A DNA stretch of 63,136 nt, counting the filler, from Candidatus Fermentibacterota bacterium (GTDB lineage: Bacteria; JAFGKV01), in NCBI GenBank assembly GCA_016928395.1. It is 8 parts of 8 records of this genome, joined end to end, with 100 filler letters (N's around TTAATTAATTAA, not from the genome) between each part and the next. Parts side by side here need not be neighbours in the genome. Positions count along the whole stretch, not along the records: positions 1 to 25,040 come from JAFGKV010000342.1; 7 more parts are not named here. The stretch is one strand, 5' to 3'. The notes under the pieces are model-generated. The model was not told where the DNA came from, searched no databases, and saw only the letters and a program-made list of their open reading frames with translations. The stretch's first letter is position 1, and the number at the start of each line of letters is the position of its first letter. Made by a program: the position numbers and the translations under genes. Below are positions 9,598-18,262 of this stretch, piece by piece.

Positions 9598-10871
9598 GAT
9601 ACCATCAACCGGCCACGAAGAAAGTCCAGCGCTAAACGGGCGCTGGCCATCCGCACGGCCGCGCGATCCCCTCCAAGTACATGCCGGGCAACGTCGACGC
9701 CACCGGGCCCTGCAAGGCCGTGAAGCACCAGCCCTACAGGCTTGTCCTCAGTGCCGCCATCCGGACCGGCAATGCCGGTGACGGAGATCGCCCAGTCCCC
9801 GCCGAGGCGTTCCCGCGCTCCCTCTGCCATGGCCGAGGCTACTTCCGCGGACACCGCGCCATGGCGTCTCAGCATATCCCCTGGTACACCCAGCAGCCTC
9901 TCCTTGAGCCCATTGGAGTAGGCGACGACTCCTCCCAGAACGTACCGGGAGCTTCCGGGGATCGAGGTGAGGAGCTGGGCCACCAAACCACCTGTGCACG
10001 ACTCGGCAGTCACCAGGCTATTGCCCCGCGCCGTCAGAAGCGCCCCTACCACCTCTTCCAGCTCTCCGCCGTTTTCGCTGTATATGCGGCAACCCAGTCT
10101 CTTCCTCACCTTCGCAACCGCCGAAGCCAGCGTGCGTTTGGAATTCGCCGACAAGAGAACATCCACAATGCCCGGTGCAGGAAGATACGCAGCGGTGACC
10201 CGTTGCCCAAGGCCCAGTGCATCGCTCACCATCTCCGCCACCGTGACCTCTCGAAGAGATGCGGTACGGATCATGGCAACCCACCCGGGCGAGGCCGTCC
10301 GTCGGATCTCCGGCCCCACGTACCGCAGGAACATATCCCGCAGTTCGGCAGGCGGGCCGGGCAGAAGATAGACGGTGGCGGAACCGCGGGAGACCGCAAG
10401 CCCGGGTGCGACGCCCACATGATTGGTGAGCAGCCTGGCCCCCGGCACCACCATGGCCTGCCGATCCACCGCGTCCGGCGAGACATCGCCGAAGACCGAG
10501 GCGCGACGCCGAATCTCTTCGCGGGCGTTGTCATCCATCTTCAGAGTCGTCCCCAGGGCATCCGCCACGGCGTCTTTCGTGACATCATCGGGCGTCGGAC
10601 CCACGCCTCCGCAGACGATCACGACCGTGGCATCGGAATCAAGGGCAAGGGCAACCGAGGCCGCGACGCATTGGCGTTGATCAGGCACAACTGTAGCCCG
10701 CCGCACATCAAGGCCGGCACGGCGAAGTTCCACGGTCAAGAAGGGTACATGCCGGTCGGCGCGATACCCCTGCAACAGCTCCGTGCCGACGACAATGATC
10801 TCGGCACGGGCCCGGCGCGATCCGCTCACATCCACAGGTCCACGGGGATGAGCAGCAGACGGGCCATGCAC
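9594..10871 (-). CDS. cinA: CinA-family competence/damage-inducible protein (MoCF-like domain + PncC/NMN deamidase domain)
   Basis: AEIIVVGTELL, GGVGPTPDDVT, LPGPPAEL, TAESCTGG, HGAVSAEVA, TGIAGPDGG. Start approximate. Confidence 0.93.
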   Translation of the reverse strand: MHGPSAAHPRGPVDVSGSRRARAEIIVVGTELLQGYRADRHVPFLTVELRRAGLDVRRATVVPDQRQCVAASVALALDSDATVVIVCGGVGPTPDDVTKDAVADALGTTLKMDDNAREEIRRRASVFGDVSPDAVDRQAMVVPGARLLTNHVGVAPGLAVSRGSATVYLLPGPPAELRDMFLRYVGPEIRRTASPGWVAMIRTASLREVTVAEMVSDALGLGQRVTAAYLPAPGIVDVLLSANSKRTLASAVAKVRKRLGCRIYSENGGELEEVVGALLTARGNSLVTAESCTGGLVAQLLTSIPGSSRYVLGGVVAYSNGLKERLLGVPGDMLRRHGAVSAEVASAMAEGARERLGGDWAISVTGIAGPDGGTEDKPVGLVLHGLAGPGGVDVARHVLGGDRAAVRMASARLALDFLRGRLMVS

Positions 10872-11275
10872 CCGGCCGCCACATCGTCACCCATCACCGC
10901 CCATCGTCCTCCCCGCTCTTCGATACGCCCGATGGGCCACGGTTTCCAGATATCGAATAGCCGGAAGAGCCCGAAGGCGAGCACGAAGGCAGGCCCCGGG
11001 CGCACGCCAATCACCGCCACGAGTTGGCCCGCCGCCTCGTCGATCACCACTTCCCGGGGATCCTCGTCTCCATCCCCGCGGGTCTCGCAGGCCCATTGGC
11101 CGACGAGCGCCGTGAACGCGGCCAGGGCGGCCACGGCCACCGTGCCGCAGGACACGGCGAGGCAGAGACCCAGAAGCGCCGCGGCAGCGGCCCCCACGGT
11201 GCCGGGGGCGAGCCTGCATCGGCCTAAAGGACCCAGCGTGGAGATGCTCCTGGCCAGCGCCGGCAGGTCCTTCAT
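10826..11275 (-). CDS. pgpA: Phosphatidylglycerophosphatase A
   Basis: APGTVG, DPREVVIDEAAG, FRLFDIWKPWPI, VMGDDVAAG. Confidence 0.93.
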   Translation of the reverse strand: MKDLPALARSISTLGPLGRCRLAPGTVGAAAAALLGLCLAVSCGTVAVAALAAFTALVGQWACETRGDGDEDPREVVIDEAAGQLVAVIGVRPGPAFVLAFGLFRLFDIWKPWPIGRIEERGGRWAVMGDDVAAGCMARLLLIPVDLWM

Positions 11276-11278
11276 ACT

Positions 11279-11872
11279 CTATGCGTCCACGCGGCCGGCC
11301 ACCGCGTGCCCCAGGGTGCGGGGGTCGAGATACTCAAGACTGCCGCCCGAGGGGATCCCACGTGCCAGACGCGTGACCCGGGCGGGAAGCGGCTTAAGGA
11401 GATCAATGAGATACGACGCGGTGGCTTCCGCCTCAACCGTGGCTGACAAGGCCAGCACGATCTCATTCGCACCGGACGCGGCCCGCGCCATCAGGCCTTC
11501 GATGGCCAGATTGCCGGGCCCGACTCCGTCCAGCGGAGAGAGTACGCCGCCCAGCACGTGATACAGGCCTCGGAACGTTCCGGTGGCTTCGATGGCATCC
11601 AGATCCCGCGGCTCCGCGACGACGCAGATAAACCCGGGATCACGTCGGGGGTCGACACAGATGGCGCACAGCTCTTCCTCCGCCAGGTTATTGCACTGGG
11701 CGCATCGACGCACCCGAGCCTCAACCCGCTGCAGAGTCTCGATAAGTGAGGGAATCCTGGCCGAGGGATCGGCCATGAGGAAGTACACCATGCGCTGGGC
11801 AGAACGCCGGCCCACGCCGGGGAACGTCATGAACGCCCGGACGAGAGCATCGGTGCTGGAGCTGCCGAACAC
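11279..11872 (-). CDS. recR: Recombination mediator RecR
   Basis: PGVGRRSAQR, C4 zinc finger CAQC...CAIC, YHVLGGVLSPLDG, VTRLARGIP. Confidence 0.97.
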   Translation of the reverse strand: MFGSSSTDALVRAFMTFPGVGRRSAQRMVYFLMADPSARIPSLIETLQRVEARVRRCAQCNNLAEEELCAICVDPRRDPGFICVVAEPRDLDAIEATGTFRGLYHVLGGVLSPLDGVGPGNLAIEGLMARAASGANEIVLALSATVEAEATASYLIDLLKPLPARVTRLARGIPSGGSLEYLDPRTLGHAVAGRVDA

Positions 11873-11878
11873 GGCTCC

Positions 11879-12196
11879 TCAGATGAGTCCTGGAAGGTTA
11901 AGCTGGAGCCCGCCGGTGAGTTTCGACATCTCGTCATTCATGAGCGCCTGGGAACGGCTGCGCGCTTCGTTGACCGCCGCCACGATGAGGTCTTGAAGCA
12001 TCTCCACGTCCTCCGGGTTCACCACCTCCGGTTGGATCCGAATCTCCACCAGATTCTGATTGCCGTCGGCCACGGCGGTCACCATCCCGCCCCCGGCGGT
12101 TCCCTCCACGCGGGTATGCGCCAGTCGCTCCTGGAGCCGCTGAAACTCATCCTTCATGCGCTGAGCTTGCTTCATGAAGCTTCCCATGTTCTTCAT
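11879..12196 (-). CDS. ybaB: YbaB/EbfC nucleoid-associated protein
   Basis: MKQAQRM, EGTAGGGMV, DVEMLQDLIVAAVNEA; dnaX-ybaB-recR order. Confidence 0.96.
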   Translation of the reverse strand: MKNMGSFMKQAQRMKDEFQRLQERLAHTRVEGTAGGGMVTAVADGNQNLVEIRIQPEVVNPEDVEMLQDLIVAAVNEARSRSQALMNDEMSKLTGGLQLNLPGLI

Positions 12197-13749
12197 CTCT
12201 TCGCCACCTCCTCTCGGGATGATCTGGTCTCTACGACCATTCCGTCAAACCGCCGGACAATCTCCTTGACCAAGGGATCATCCTCGGCCGCGGGCACAGG
12301 GGGCACGGCGGGCAACGCCTGCGCCCCGGCAATCTCCACACTGATCGGACGCCCGGCCGCAGCGGACAGCACGCGCTCAACCTCGGCCCGGCGGGTGCCC
12401 TGTTCCAGGCGCGTGCTGACAAACGATTGACTGGGCGCAAACTGGAGCACGACCGTATCGCCCCGCCAGGAAGGTGTTGCCTCCATAACGAATGACTTGG
12501 TGCTGGCGGAAAGCCCCCGCCATGCGGCGGTCAAAACCTCATCAGGCGCGCCCGGCGAGTCTCCTGCGGCAGCCTCGGCTGGGGGCGGGGGATGCAGCGT
12601 GGGCTCTGCTATCCGTTCCTTCTCCGCGGCCTGCGGTTCGGAGGCGCCCTCTCCGAGAGCCCTCAGGACTTCTTCAACGGACACGCTTCGATCCATAAGG
12701 GCCAGGCGGAAGAATGCGCTCTCCATCACGGGGCCCGGCCGTGCGCTTTGTCGGGCGGACTGGAGGGCCGACTGGAGCACAGAGAGCATTCGCAGAAGGT
12801 CGGCCGGGGTGAGCTCGGGCGCCACGCCGTGCAGCGCCTCGAGAGGCTCCGCGCCACCGACCTTCTGGCGCAGCACATCCAAAATGACGTCGACCAGATC
12901 TGCGGCGATCCTTTCGATCTCCATGCCGTTGGAAATCATGCGATCCAGCTGCCTGGCCGTCGCCCCAAGATCGCGTCGGCTCACCGCCTCGAGCAGCACC
13001 GTCAGTTCCTCCAGAGGGCTCAAGCCCAAGAGCTGCCGCACGGTTGCCTCCTGGATTGGCCCGTCGCAGGCCGATCCTGCCTGGTCCAGGAGGCTCTCGG
13101 CATCCCGGAGGCACCCTTCGGCACGGCGAGCCATCAGAGCCAGCGCCGCGTGTTCCACCGAGAGCCCCTCCTGAGCGGCCAGAAAACTGAGGCGCTCTAC
13201 CACCGAGGCCTGGGGAATTCTCCTGAACTCAAACCGTTGACATCGTGACAGGATCGTGGCGGGGACCTTGTGCACTTCGGTGGTGGCGAACACGAACACC
13301 GCGTGGGCGGGCGGTTCCTCCAGTGTTTTGAGCAGGGCATTGAACGCCTGTTCCGTCAGCATATGCACTTCGTCGATGATATAGACCTTATGGCGGGCCG
13401 ACACCGGTGCATAGCCGACATGCTCGCGGAGTTCACGGATCTCATCGATCCCGCGATTGCTGGCGCCATCCATCTCGACCACGTCAAGACTGGTGCCACG
13501 GTTGATGGCCACGCATGTCGGGCAGGCATTGCAGGGTTCGGGAGTGACCTCTCTCTCGCAGTTCACCGCCTTGGCAAGAATCCTGGCGGCGGTGGTCTTT
13601 CCCACTCCCCGGGGCCCATGAAAGAGGTAGGCATGGGAGATCTTTCCCGTGCGGAGCGCGTTGGACAGCGTTCGCGTCACGTGCTCCTGGCCGATCATCT
13701 CGCCAAAGGTCTGTGGCCGCCATTTTCGCGCCAGTACCATGTACGACAT
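12193..13749 (-). CDS. dnaX: DNA polymerase III subunit gamma/tau
   Basis: YMVLARKWRPQTF, GPRGVGKTT, IIDEVHML, NALLKTLEEPP, TILSRCQ. Confidence 0.98.
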   Translation of the reverse strand: MSYMVLARKWRPQTFGEMIGQEHVTRTLSNALRTGKISHAYLFHGPRGVGKTTAARILAKAVNCEREVTPEPCNACPTCVAINRGTSLDVVEMDGASNRGIDEIRELREHVGYAPVSARHKVYIIDEVHMLTEQAFNALLKTLEEPPAHAVFVFATTEVHKVPATILSRCQRFEFRRIPQASVVERLSFLAAQEGLSVEHAALALMARRAEGCLRDAESLLDQAGSACDGPIQEATVRQLLGLSPLEELTVLLEAVSRRDLGATARQLDRMISNGMEIERIAADLVDVILDVLRQKVGGAEPLEALHGVAPELTPADLLRMLSVLQSALQSARQSARPGPVMESAFFRLALMDRSVSVEEVLRALGEGASEPQAAEKERIAEPTLHPPPPAEAAAGDSPGAPDEVLTAAWRGLSASTKSFVMEATPSWRGDTVVLQFAPSQSFVSTRLEQGTRRAEVERVLSAAAGRPISVEIAGAQALPAVPPVPAAEDDPLVKEIVRRFDGMVVETRSSREEVAKR

Positions 13750-13868
13750 AGGCCTCTCGCTCCTCAGGTGTGCCCTCCACCGCGGGACAGGGCACTCCTC
13801 CCCCGGTCGAGACCGGGACGCAGGAAACCCAGGGCGCCGCCGCTACCATCTCGAGTATACGATGACCC

Positions 13869-14136
13869 GGCTGTGCACCCGCCTCCGATCACCACTCCAC
13901 GGCCCACGATGACCCGGTGGCTCCGGCCAGGAGCACCCGCGGCACACGCTCTCGCTTGCTTACCGCTGCTACCTTCCGGTCCTGACGGGGTTCACAGGGG
14001 AACGTTGCGCGGGACCCGGCCTTCATCGCTCCGTCGACCCGTGCGCGCGGGGTGCGGGAGGACCTCGGGCAGGCATCAACCCCGCTGAGCGGATTGCGGG
14101 TTACAGGGGGCCGCTAGTCCCCCGTCTAGCACAGCC
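13869..14136 (-). ncRNA. ffs: Signal recognition particle RNA, large (Alu-domain-containing) bacterial type
   Basis: Minus strand begins GGCTGTGC and ends GCACAGCC (terminal pairing), about 268 nt; contains helix-8 motif GTCAGGACCGGAAGGTAGCAGC; lies upstream of dnaX, the usual ffs position. Confidence 0.93.
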
Positions 14137-14141
14137 GAGCC

Positions 14142-14217
14142 TGGTGGAGCAGAGCGGAGTCGAACCGCCGGCCTCATCCGTGCGAGGGATGCGCTCTCCC
14201 ATCTGAGCTACTGCCCC
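14142..14217 (-). tRNA. tRNA-Ala(CGC)
   Basis: Reverse complement GGGGCAGTAGCTCAGATGGGAGAGCGCATCCCTCGCACGGATGAGGCCGGCGGTTCGACTCCGCTCTGCTCCACCA: anticodon CGC, G3:U70 pair, CCA end. Confidence 0.97.
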
Positions 14218-14616
14218 AGAAGACATGAATCATGGCCGCCCAAGGCGGCCGGCTCCCGGCGAACCTTCCGAACCGGGAAAGATGTCGCCAAGAGTGAGCA
14301 ATCGCCTGCCAAGCTCGCATCCGGGCACCTTCGGATCAAGGAGAAAAGGGGAGCCTGCGATGGTGTCGGCACTAGGCAGCCCGGCTTGAATGAGAACCCA
14401 GGAGTGAGAACTGCGCTGCGCGGCAAAGCCCGAAGCCCGGCCTGAACGTTCTTCCCCCAAAGCGCGAGTGCAACCGTGAACTGTGGGCCGTAAACCCCGT
14501 GCGACTCGGGGCCTCCCCTGCGGCGGCAGAGTATCATCGCTGATGATCTCAATACCGAATCACCCAACGGCGCAGGGGCTTCGACGGCCCCACCGAACCC
14601 TCCATCCTGTCTCCTG

Positions 14617-14655
14617 GAACAGAACACGGGGAGAGTACGATGTCCTCTCCCCGTG
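14617..14655 (-). terminator. Rho-independent terminator of the pil operon
   Basis: Minus strand CACGGGGAGAG-loop-CTCTCCCCGTG followed by TTCTGTT, about 10 nt after the stop at 14664. Confidence 0.7.
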
Positions 14656-14663
14656 AAGTGGGA

Positions 14664-15224
14664 CTACTTTTCTTGAAGAAGGCTGCTGACGACCACGGCT
14701 CCCTGTATCTCGACGTCGATCTCGCTGTCTGTCTGCCCCCTGAAGGTCACCACGGCGTACATGTCAAGATCGTCGTCATAGTCCGCGGTGCCGTTGGTAA
14801 CCTTCTCGTAGGCCTTCGCGGTGAGAATCTGCAACCCGCCGACCCCGATCATTGCTGTCTGGCGGGTGGCCGTCGAATCCGGAAGGTAGGGATCCGGGGT
14901 GGGCACCCCGGGCACATAGAGCGTGAACAAACCCTGATTGTCCAAATCGGAGAGCGCGGCGCCTCCGAGGGACGTCGCCTCGTAGTAGCGAATCTGGTAT
15001 GCATCGAAGGTCACTGGAACCTGGGAGTAGTTCGCCACATAGATATTGCTGGTCGGCAGCAAGACGCCCCGCTGGGGATCAAAGACCGGTGCCACGGGCG
15101 AGGGGTCGAAGAGCACGATTCGCGCACTGGGAACTCCCTCCTCATCCAGGGGCAAAAACGCCCCGCACCCCATGAGGCCGACAAGGGCCAGGACCATGCT
15201 CAGAACAAGTGCGGTGTATCTCAT
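14664..15224 (-). CDS. Predicted lipoprotein coupled to the secretin gene
   Basis: MRYTALVLSMVLALVGLMGC lipobox; ATGA overlap with the secretin stop. Confidence 0.75.
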   Translation of the reverse strand: MRYTALVLSMVLALVGLMGCGAFLPLDEEGVPSARIVLFDPSPVAPVFDPQRGVLLPTSNIYVANYSQVPVTFDAYQIRYYEATSLGGAALSDLDNQGLFTLYVPGVPTPDPYLPDSTATRQTAMIGVGGLQILTAKAYEKVTNGTADYDDDLDMYAVVTFRGQTDSEIDVEIQGAVVVSSLLQEK

Positions 15225-16549
15225 TGCGTCACCTCCACACCGGCGGTGAGACTCCGTGTCCGAAGTTGCTCGTACTGACTGAGCGCGTCACCGAAGGCCG
15301 CCTTCTCTGCCTCGCCCGAGATTGCGCCCCGTCCCTGCACCACTATCTCCTCGCCTTGGAGGATGTAGGGTGTCACGAATACCATCAGCTCAATGTCGGT
15401 CCGGGTCGTCCGCGTACCCTTGAATAGACTGCCGAGGAGCGGGATCCTGCTCAAAAACGGTATCCCGCTTTCGGAGAGGACATAGTCGCTCTTCCTGAGG
15501 CCGCCGATCACCGCGGTCTGCCCGCTGCCCAGGAGCATCTCGGTTCGGGCGCTCCGCGAGTCGACCACAGGCATGGTTCCCACGTATTCCGTCACGAAAC
15601 TCTGCTCAGGGTGAAGCTGAAGCAGCACATTGCCGTCATTGGTCACGTGGGGCGTGACGTTGAGAATGGTTCCGGTCTTTCGGAATGACGTACTGTAGGT
15701 GACGCCCTCCTCAGTGCGGTCCACAGTGGTGTAGGGAACCTCCTGGCCGACGTGGATCTCCGCCTCCTTGTGGTTGAGAGCCACGATACGAGGGCTGGAG
15801 AGGATCTTGGCGTCGCTGTTCTCTTGCACGGCCCGGATCACATTGTCAAAATCATACCGGCTTCGGATAATGCCGAACCGAACCTCCCCGAATCTTCCCA
15901 GTTCAGGGCTGGTTTTGACTTCAGCGTACGATCGTGGGTTGTCATAGTTCACCAGCAACCAGTCGATCCCGTAGTCCAGGGTTCCGGAGACCTTCAGGTC
16001 CACGACATGGGATTCTATGAGTACCTGGTAAGGTTTACGATCCAGTTGCTCGACCAACTGCCCTATCTTCCGCAGGTTGTCGGGAATATCAGTCACGATG
16101 AGGGTATTGGAACCTTCGTCTCCCTTCACACTGCCCGATTCGGAAACAAACCGGTTGAGCGACCCCTCCAACTCCTTCGCGCTGGCGTAGTTCAGCGCGT
16201 AAGTCTGGGTGATGGCGCGCCCGATCTGCTGAAGGGGCAGGATCTTGATGAGATTGTCGCCCTCCACGTAGCCGAAACCGTTCACCACGAGAATTGCATT
16301 CAACGCCTCGCCCAGGGGAACCTGTACCAGCCTCAGGCTGACCGTTCCCTTGACTTCGGGGCCGCTGACGATGTTGAGGCCGGCCATCTCGGTCAAGAGC
16401 TGAAGCGCCGCATTGATCTCCGTGTTGCGGAGAGTCAGATCGATCCTGGTCTTCTCCCATCCGGGCCGCTGCCCCCAGGCCGGAGACGATGCCGTGCATA
16501 TGCACAGCGCAACCACAAGGACGGGGGCCCACATCTGTCGTTGCCTCAT
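15221..16549 (-). CDS. pilQ: Type IV pilus/T2SS secretin (PilQ-like)
   Basis: Signal peptide, N0 domain (GLNIVSGPEVKGTVSLRL), N3 domain (SNTLIVTD), secretin core (ILSSPRI, VTPHV, GIPFLSRIPLLGSLF, ELMVFVTP). Confidence 0.9.
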   Translation of the reverse strand: MRQRQMWAPVLVVALCICTASSPAWGQRPGWEKTRIDLTLRNTEINAALQLLTEMAGLNIVSGPEVKGTVSLRLVQVPLGEALNAILVVNGFGYVEGDNLIKILPLQQIGRAITQTYALNYASAKELEGSLNRFVSESGSVKGDEGSNTLIVTDIPDNLRKIGQLVEQLDRKPYQVLIESHVVDLKVSGTLDYGIDWLLVNYDNPRSYAEVKTSPELGRFGEVRFGIIRSRYDFDNVIRAVQENSDAKILSSPRIVALNHKEAEIHVGQEVPYTTVDRTEEGVTYSTSFRKTGTILNVTPHVTNDGNVLLQLHPEQSFVTEYVGTMPVVDSRSARTEMLLGSGQTAVIGGLRKSDYVLSESGIPFLSRIPLLGSLFKGTRTTRTDIELMVFVTPYILQGEEIVVQGRGAISGEAEKAAFGDALSQYEQLRTRSLTAGVEVTQ

Positions 16550-16561
16550 CAAGTCCTCCTC

Positions 16562-16993
16562 TCAACGATACGCGATGGTATGACGCTTGCCAGCGAACTC
16601 GATTTCCACACTGTTAGGGTTGATCTTCTTGATGGTCGCCCCCTCGATGACGTCACCCTCGCCGACGCTGCGACCATTGATCATGGCGCGGGGGGAGTCG
16701 GTAAAGATGATGCCCTGAATGGTCAGCGGAGGAGGCGTCGGCTCTGCCGGCCCTCCAGTTCCGGATGACGTCCGCGTCCCCGGCCGAATGAAGGGATCCC
16801 GCAAGCTTCCTGGTTCATACACGTAGAACCGGGCGCTGGTGGAATCCTCCATTGAGGCTAGAGTATCGGGGCGCTCGGCCCGCACGGGCATCCGGGCCAC
16901 GCTAGTCGGCGGCGGCGTTCGAGGACCGCACGAAAGGGCCGTCGCGCAGACGGCCATGGTCAACAATCCTGCGGATACGGCCTGGTGTGCCAT
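16562..16993 (-). CDS. pilP: PilP-like lipoprotein
   Basis: Lipobox ALSC, RDPF motif, LTIQGII...AMING...VGEGDVI beta domain; position between pilO and pilQ. Confidence 0.72.
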   Translation of the reverse strand: MAHQAVSAGLLTMAVCATALSCGPRTPPPTSVARMPVRAERPDTLASMEDSTSARFYVYEPGSLRDPFIRPGTRTSSGTGGPAEPTPPPLTIQGIIFTDSPRAMINGRSVGEGDVIEGATIKKINPNSVEIEFAGKRHTIAYR

Positions 16994-16994
16994 G

Positions 16995-17543
16995 TTATCT
17001 CGATGCCTCCAGGAATCGAAAGGTGCTCACTTCCAGCTCAGCGCTGATAGGTCTGATCCCAGTACCTTTCACCGAGATCTTGCCGACGCTCATGAAGCGC
17101 GTACCCCGTTCGATGTTGTTGATGACCTTCGCGATATCGTGATACCCACCGGTCACCTCCAGTCTGAAGGGTATGCGCTCATAGCTCATCCGGGCCTCCT
17201 TGGGAAGCATACTGAGGCGTTCCAGGGTCACGCCTGAGGCCGTGACGATGCTCTGCAGCTCCTCCAGTAGGCCCGCGGTGGCCTCCTCGCTGGGCAGGCG
17301 CTCCTCATAAAAAGCCAAGACTGCCTGCAGCCTCTCGGTAACCCGCCGAAGGTCCTCTCTGGTGGTGGCAACCTGCTGGGCGTTGCGGAGCTCGCCCTGA
17401 ACCTGGTTGAGCCGGGTCCGAGTCGTCTCCAGCGTCTTCTTCTGAGGGCTGTAGAATAAGAGATAGACAGGGGCGAAGATGAGCGCACCGAACAAGACGC
17501 CCTTGGTGATGCCTTCCCGCATCGGGCTCGCTGTCTTTGCCAT
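16995..17543 (-). CDS. pilO: Type IV pilus alignment protein PilO
   Basis: N-terminal TM, coiled coil, RLPSEE..AGLLEEL, VTGGYHDIAKVINNIE. Confidence 0.88.
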   Translation of the reverse strand: MAKTASPMREGITKGVLFGALIFAPVYLLFYSPQKKTLETTRTRLNQVQGELRNAQQVATTREDLRRVTERLQAVLAFYEERLPSEEATAGLLEELQSIVTASGVTLERLSMLPKEARMSYERIPFRLEVTGGYHDIAKVINNIERGTRFMSVGKISVKGTGIRPISAELEVSTFRFLEASR

Positions 17544-17544
17544 C

Positions 17545-18261
17545 TTAGCCTCCCATCCCGCCGCCGGGCTTCATGTACACGCTCAACTTAAACGCCTTCC
17601 CCTCGCTGCCTTGCCGCGGTCCCCTGGCGTCTGATATGTGGTCAAGCTGCACCTTCGTGAAGTGCTCGAAGAACTCGGCATCCTCTTTCATGAGCTTCAT
17701 TATGTCACTCACCATGCCTGTGGACACCTTCACCGGGAGGACGCCCTCCATCTCCAACACCTTGTAGACGACCGGAACTCGGGTACTCAGCGTGGTTTGC
17801 TTGCCGTCTTTGTCCGTCTTTACTTCAGTCCGTTCCTCAGTCTCGCGCCGTTCCGCGAGGTTGAGGCCGGTGAGCCAGACATTCCGGGCAATCTCTTGAT
17901 CGCGGCTCATGAGCGCAGCGAGCTCGTGGAGCTTCTTTGCCCATGACAGCCGACCGATGACCAGCCGGTCTATCACCTCCATTTTGGAGTCCAGGGTGGA
18001 TTTCAATCGCTTTAGGTCTTCAACTTCCAGCACCACCGGTCGCAATGAATCCAGCTGAGCTTGCGATGTTCTCAGGTCACGTGCAACCGCCGACTTCTCG
18101 TGGGCCACGGAATAGGCCAGCAACACCGTGATGAGTATGGCCACGCCGGCGATGGCCGCGGTCCACGTGGTCGGGGAGATCTGGCTGAAGAACCTGAGAC
18201 GCTCGGCAAAGCCGACATGAGCCCGGCGTTGGGCACTGGGTAGAAGATTAATCCTGCGCAT
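17545..18261 (-). CDS. pilN: Type IV pilus alignment protein PilN
   Basis: MRRINLLP (PilM-binding INLLP), TM helix, coiled coil, VWLTGL. Confidence 0.85.
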   Translation of the reverse strand: MRRINLLPSAQRRAHVGFAERLRFFSQISPTTWTAAIAGVAILITVLLAYSVAHEKSAVARDLRTSQAQLDSLRPVVLEVEDLKRLKSTLDSKMEVIDRLVIGRLSWAKKLHELAALMSRDQEIARNVWLTGLNLAERRETEERTEVKTDKDGKQTTLSTRVPVVYKVLEMEGVLPVKVSTGMVSDIMKLMKEDAEFFEHFTKVQLDHISDARGPRQGSEGKAFKLSVYMKPGGGMGG

Positions 18262-18262
18262 C

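Noticed and set aside
9681-11561. 626-aa plus-strand ORF, and other long ORFs opposite known genes (e.g. 4880-5836, 6686-7717, 15752-16768, 29682-30995)
   Set aside because: Antisense shadows of well-supported genes in high-GC DNA; translations have no recognisable motifs.
14460-14630. RNase P RNA or tmRNA (AGTGCAAC, GTAAACCCC, ACAGAAC-like words)
   Set aside because: The universal GAGGAAAGTCC and 3' CGGCTTA elements and the tmRNA tRNA-like ends are absent; kept only as an unassigned structured region.
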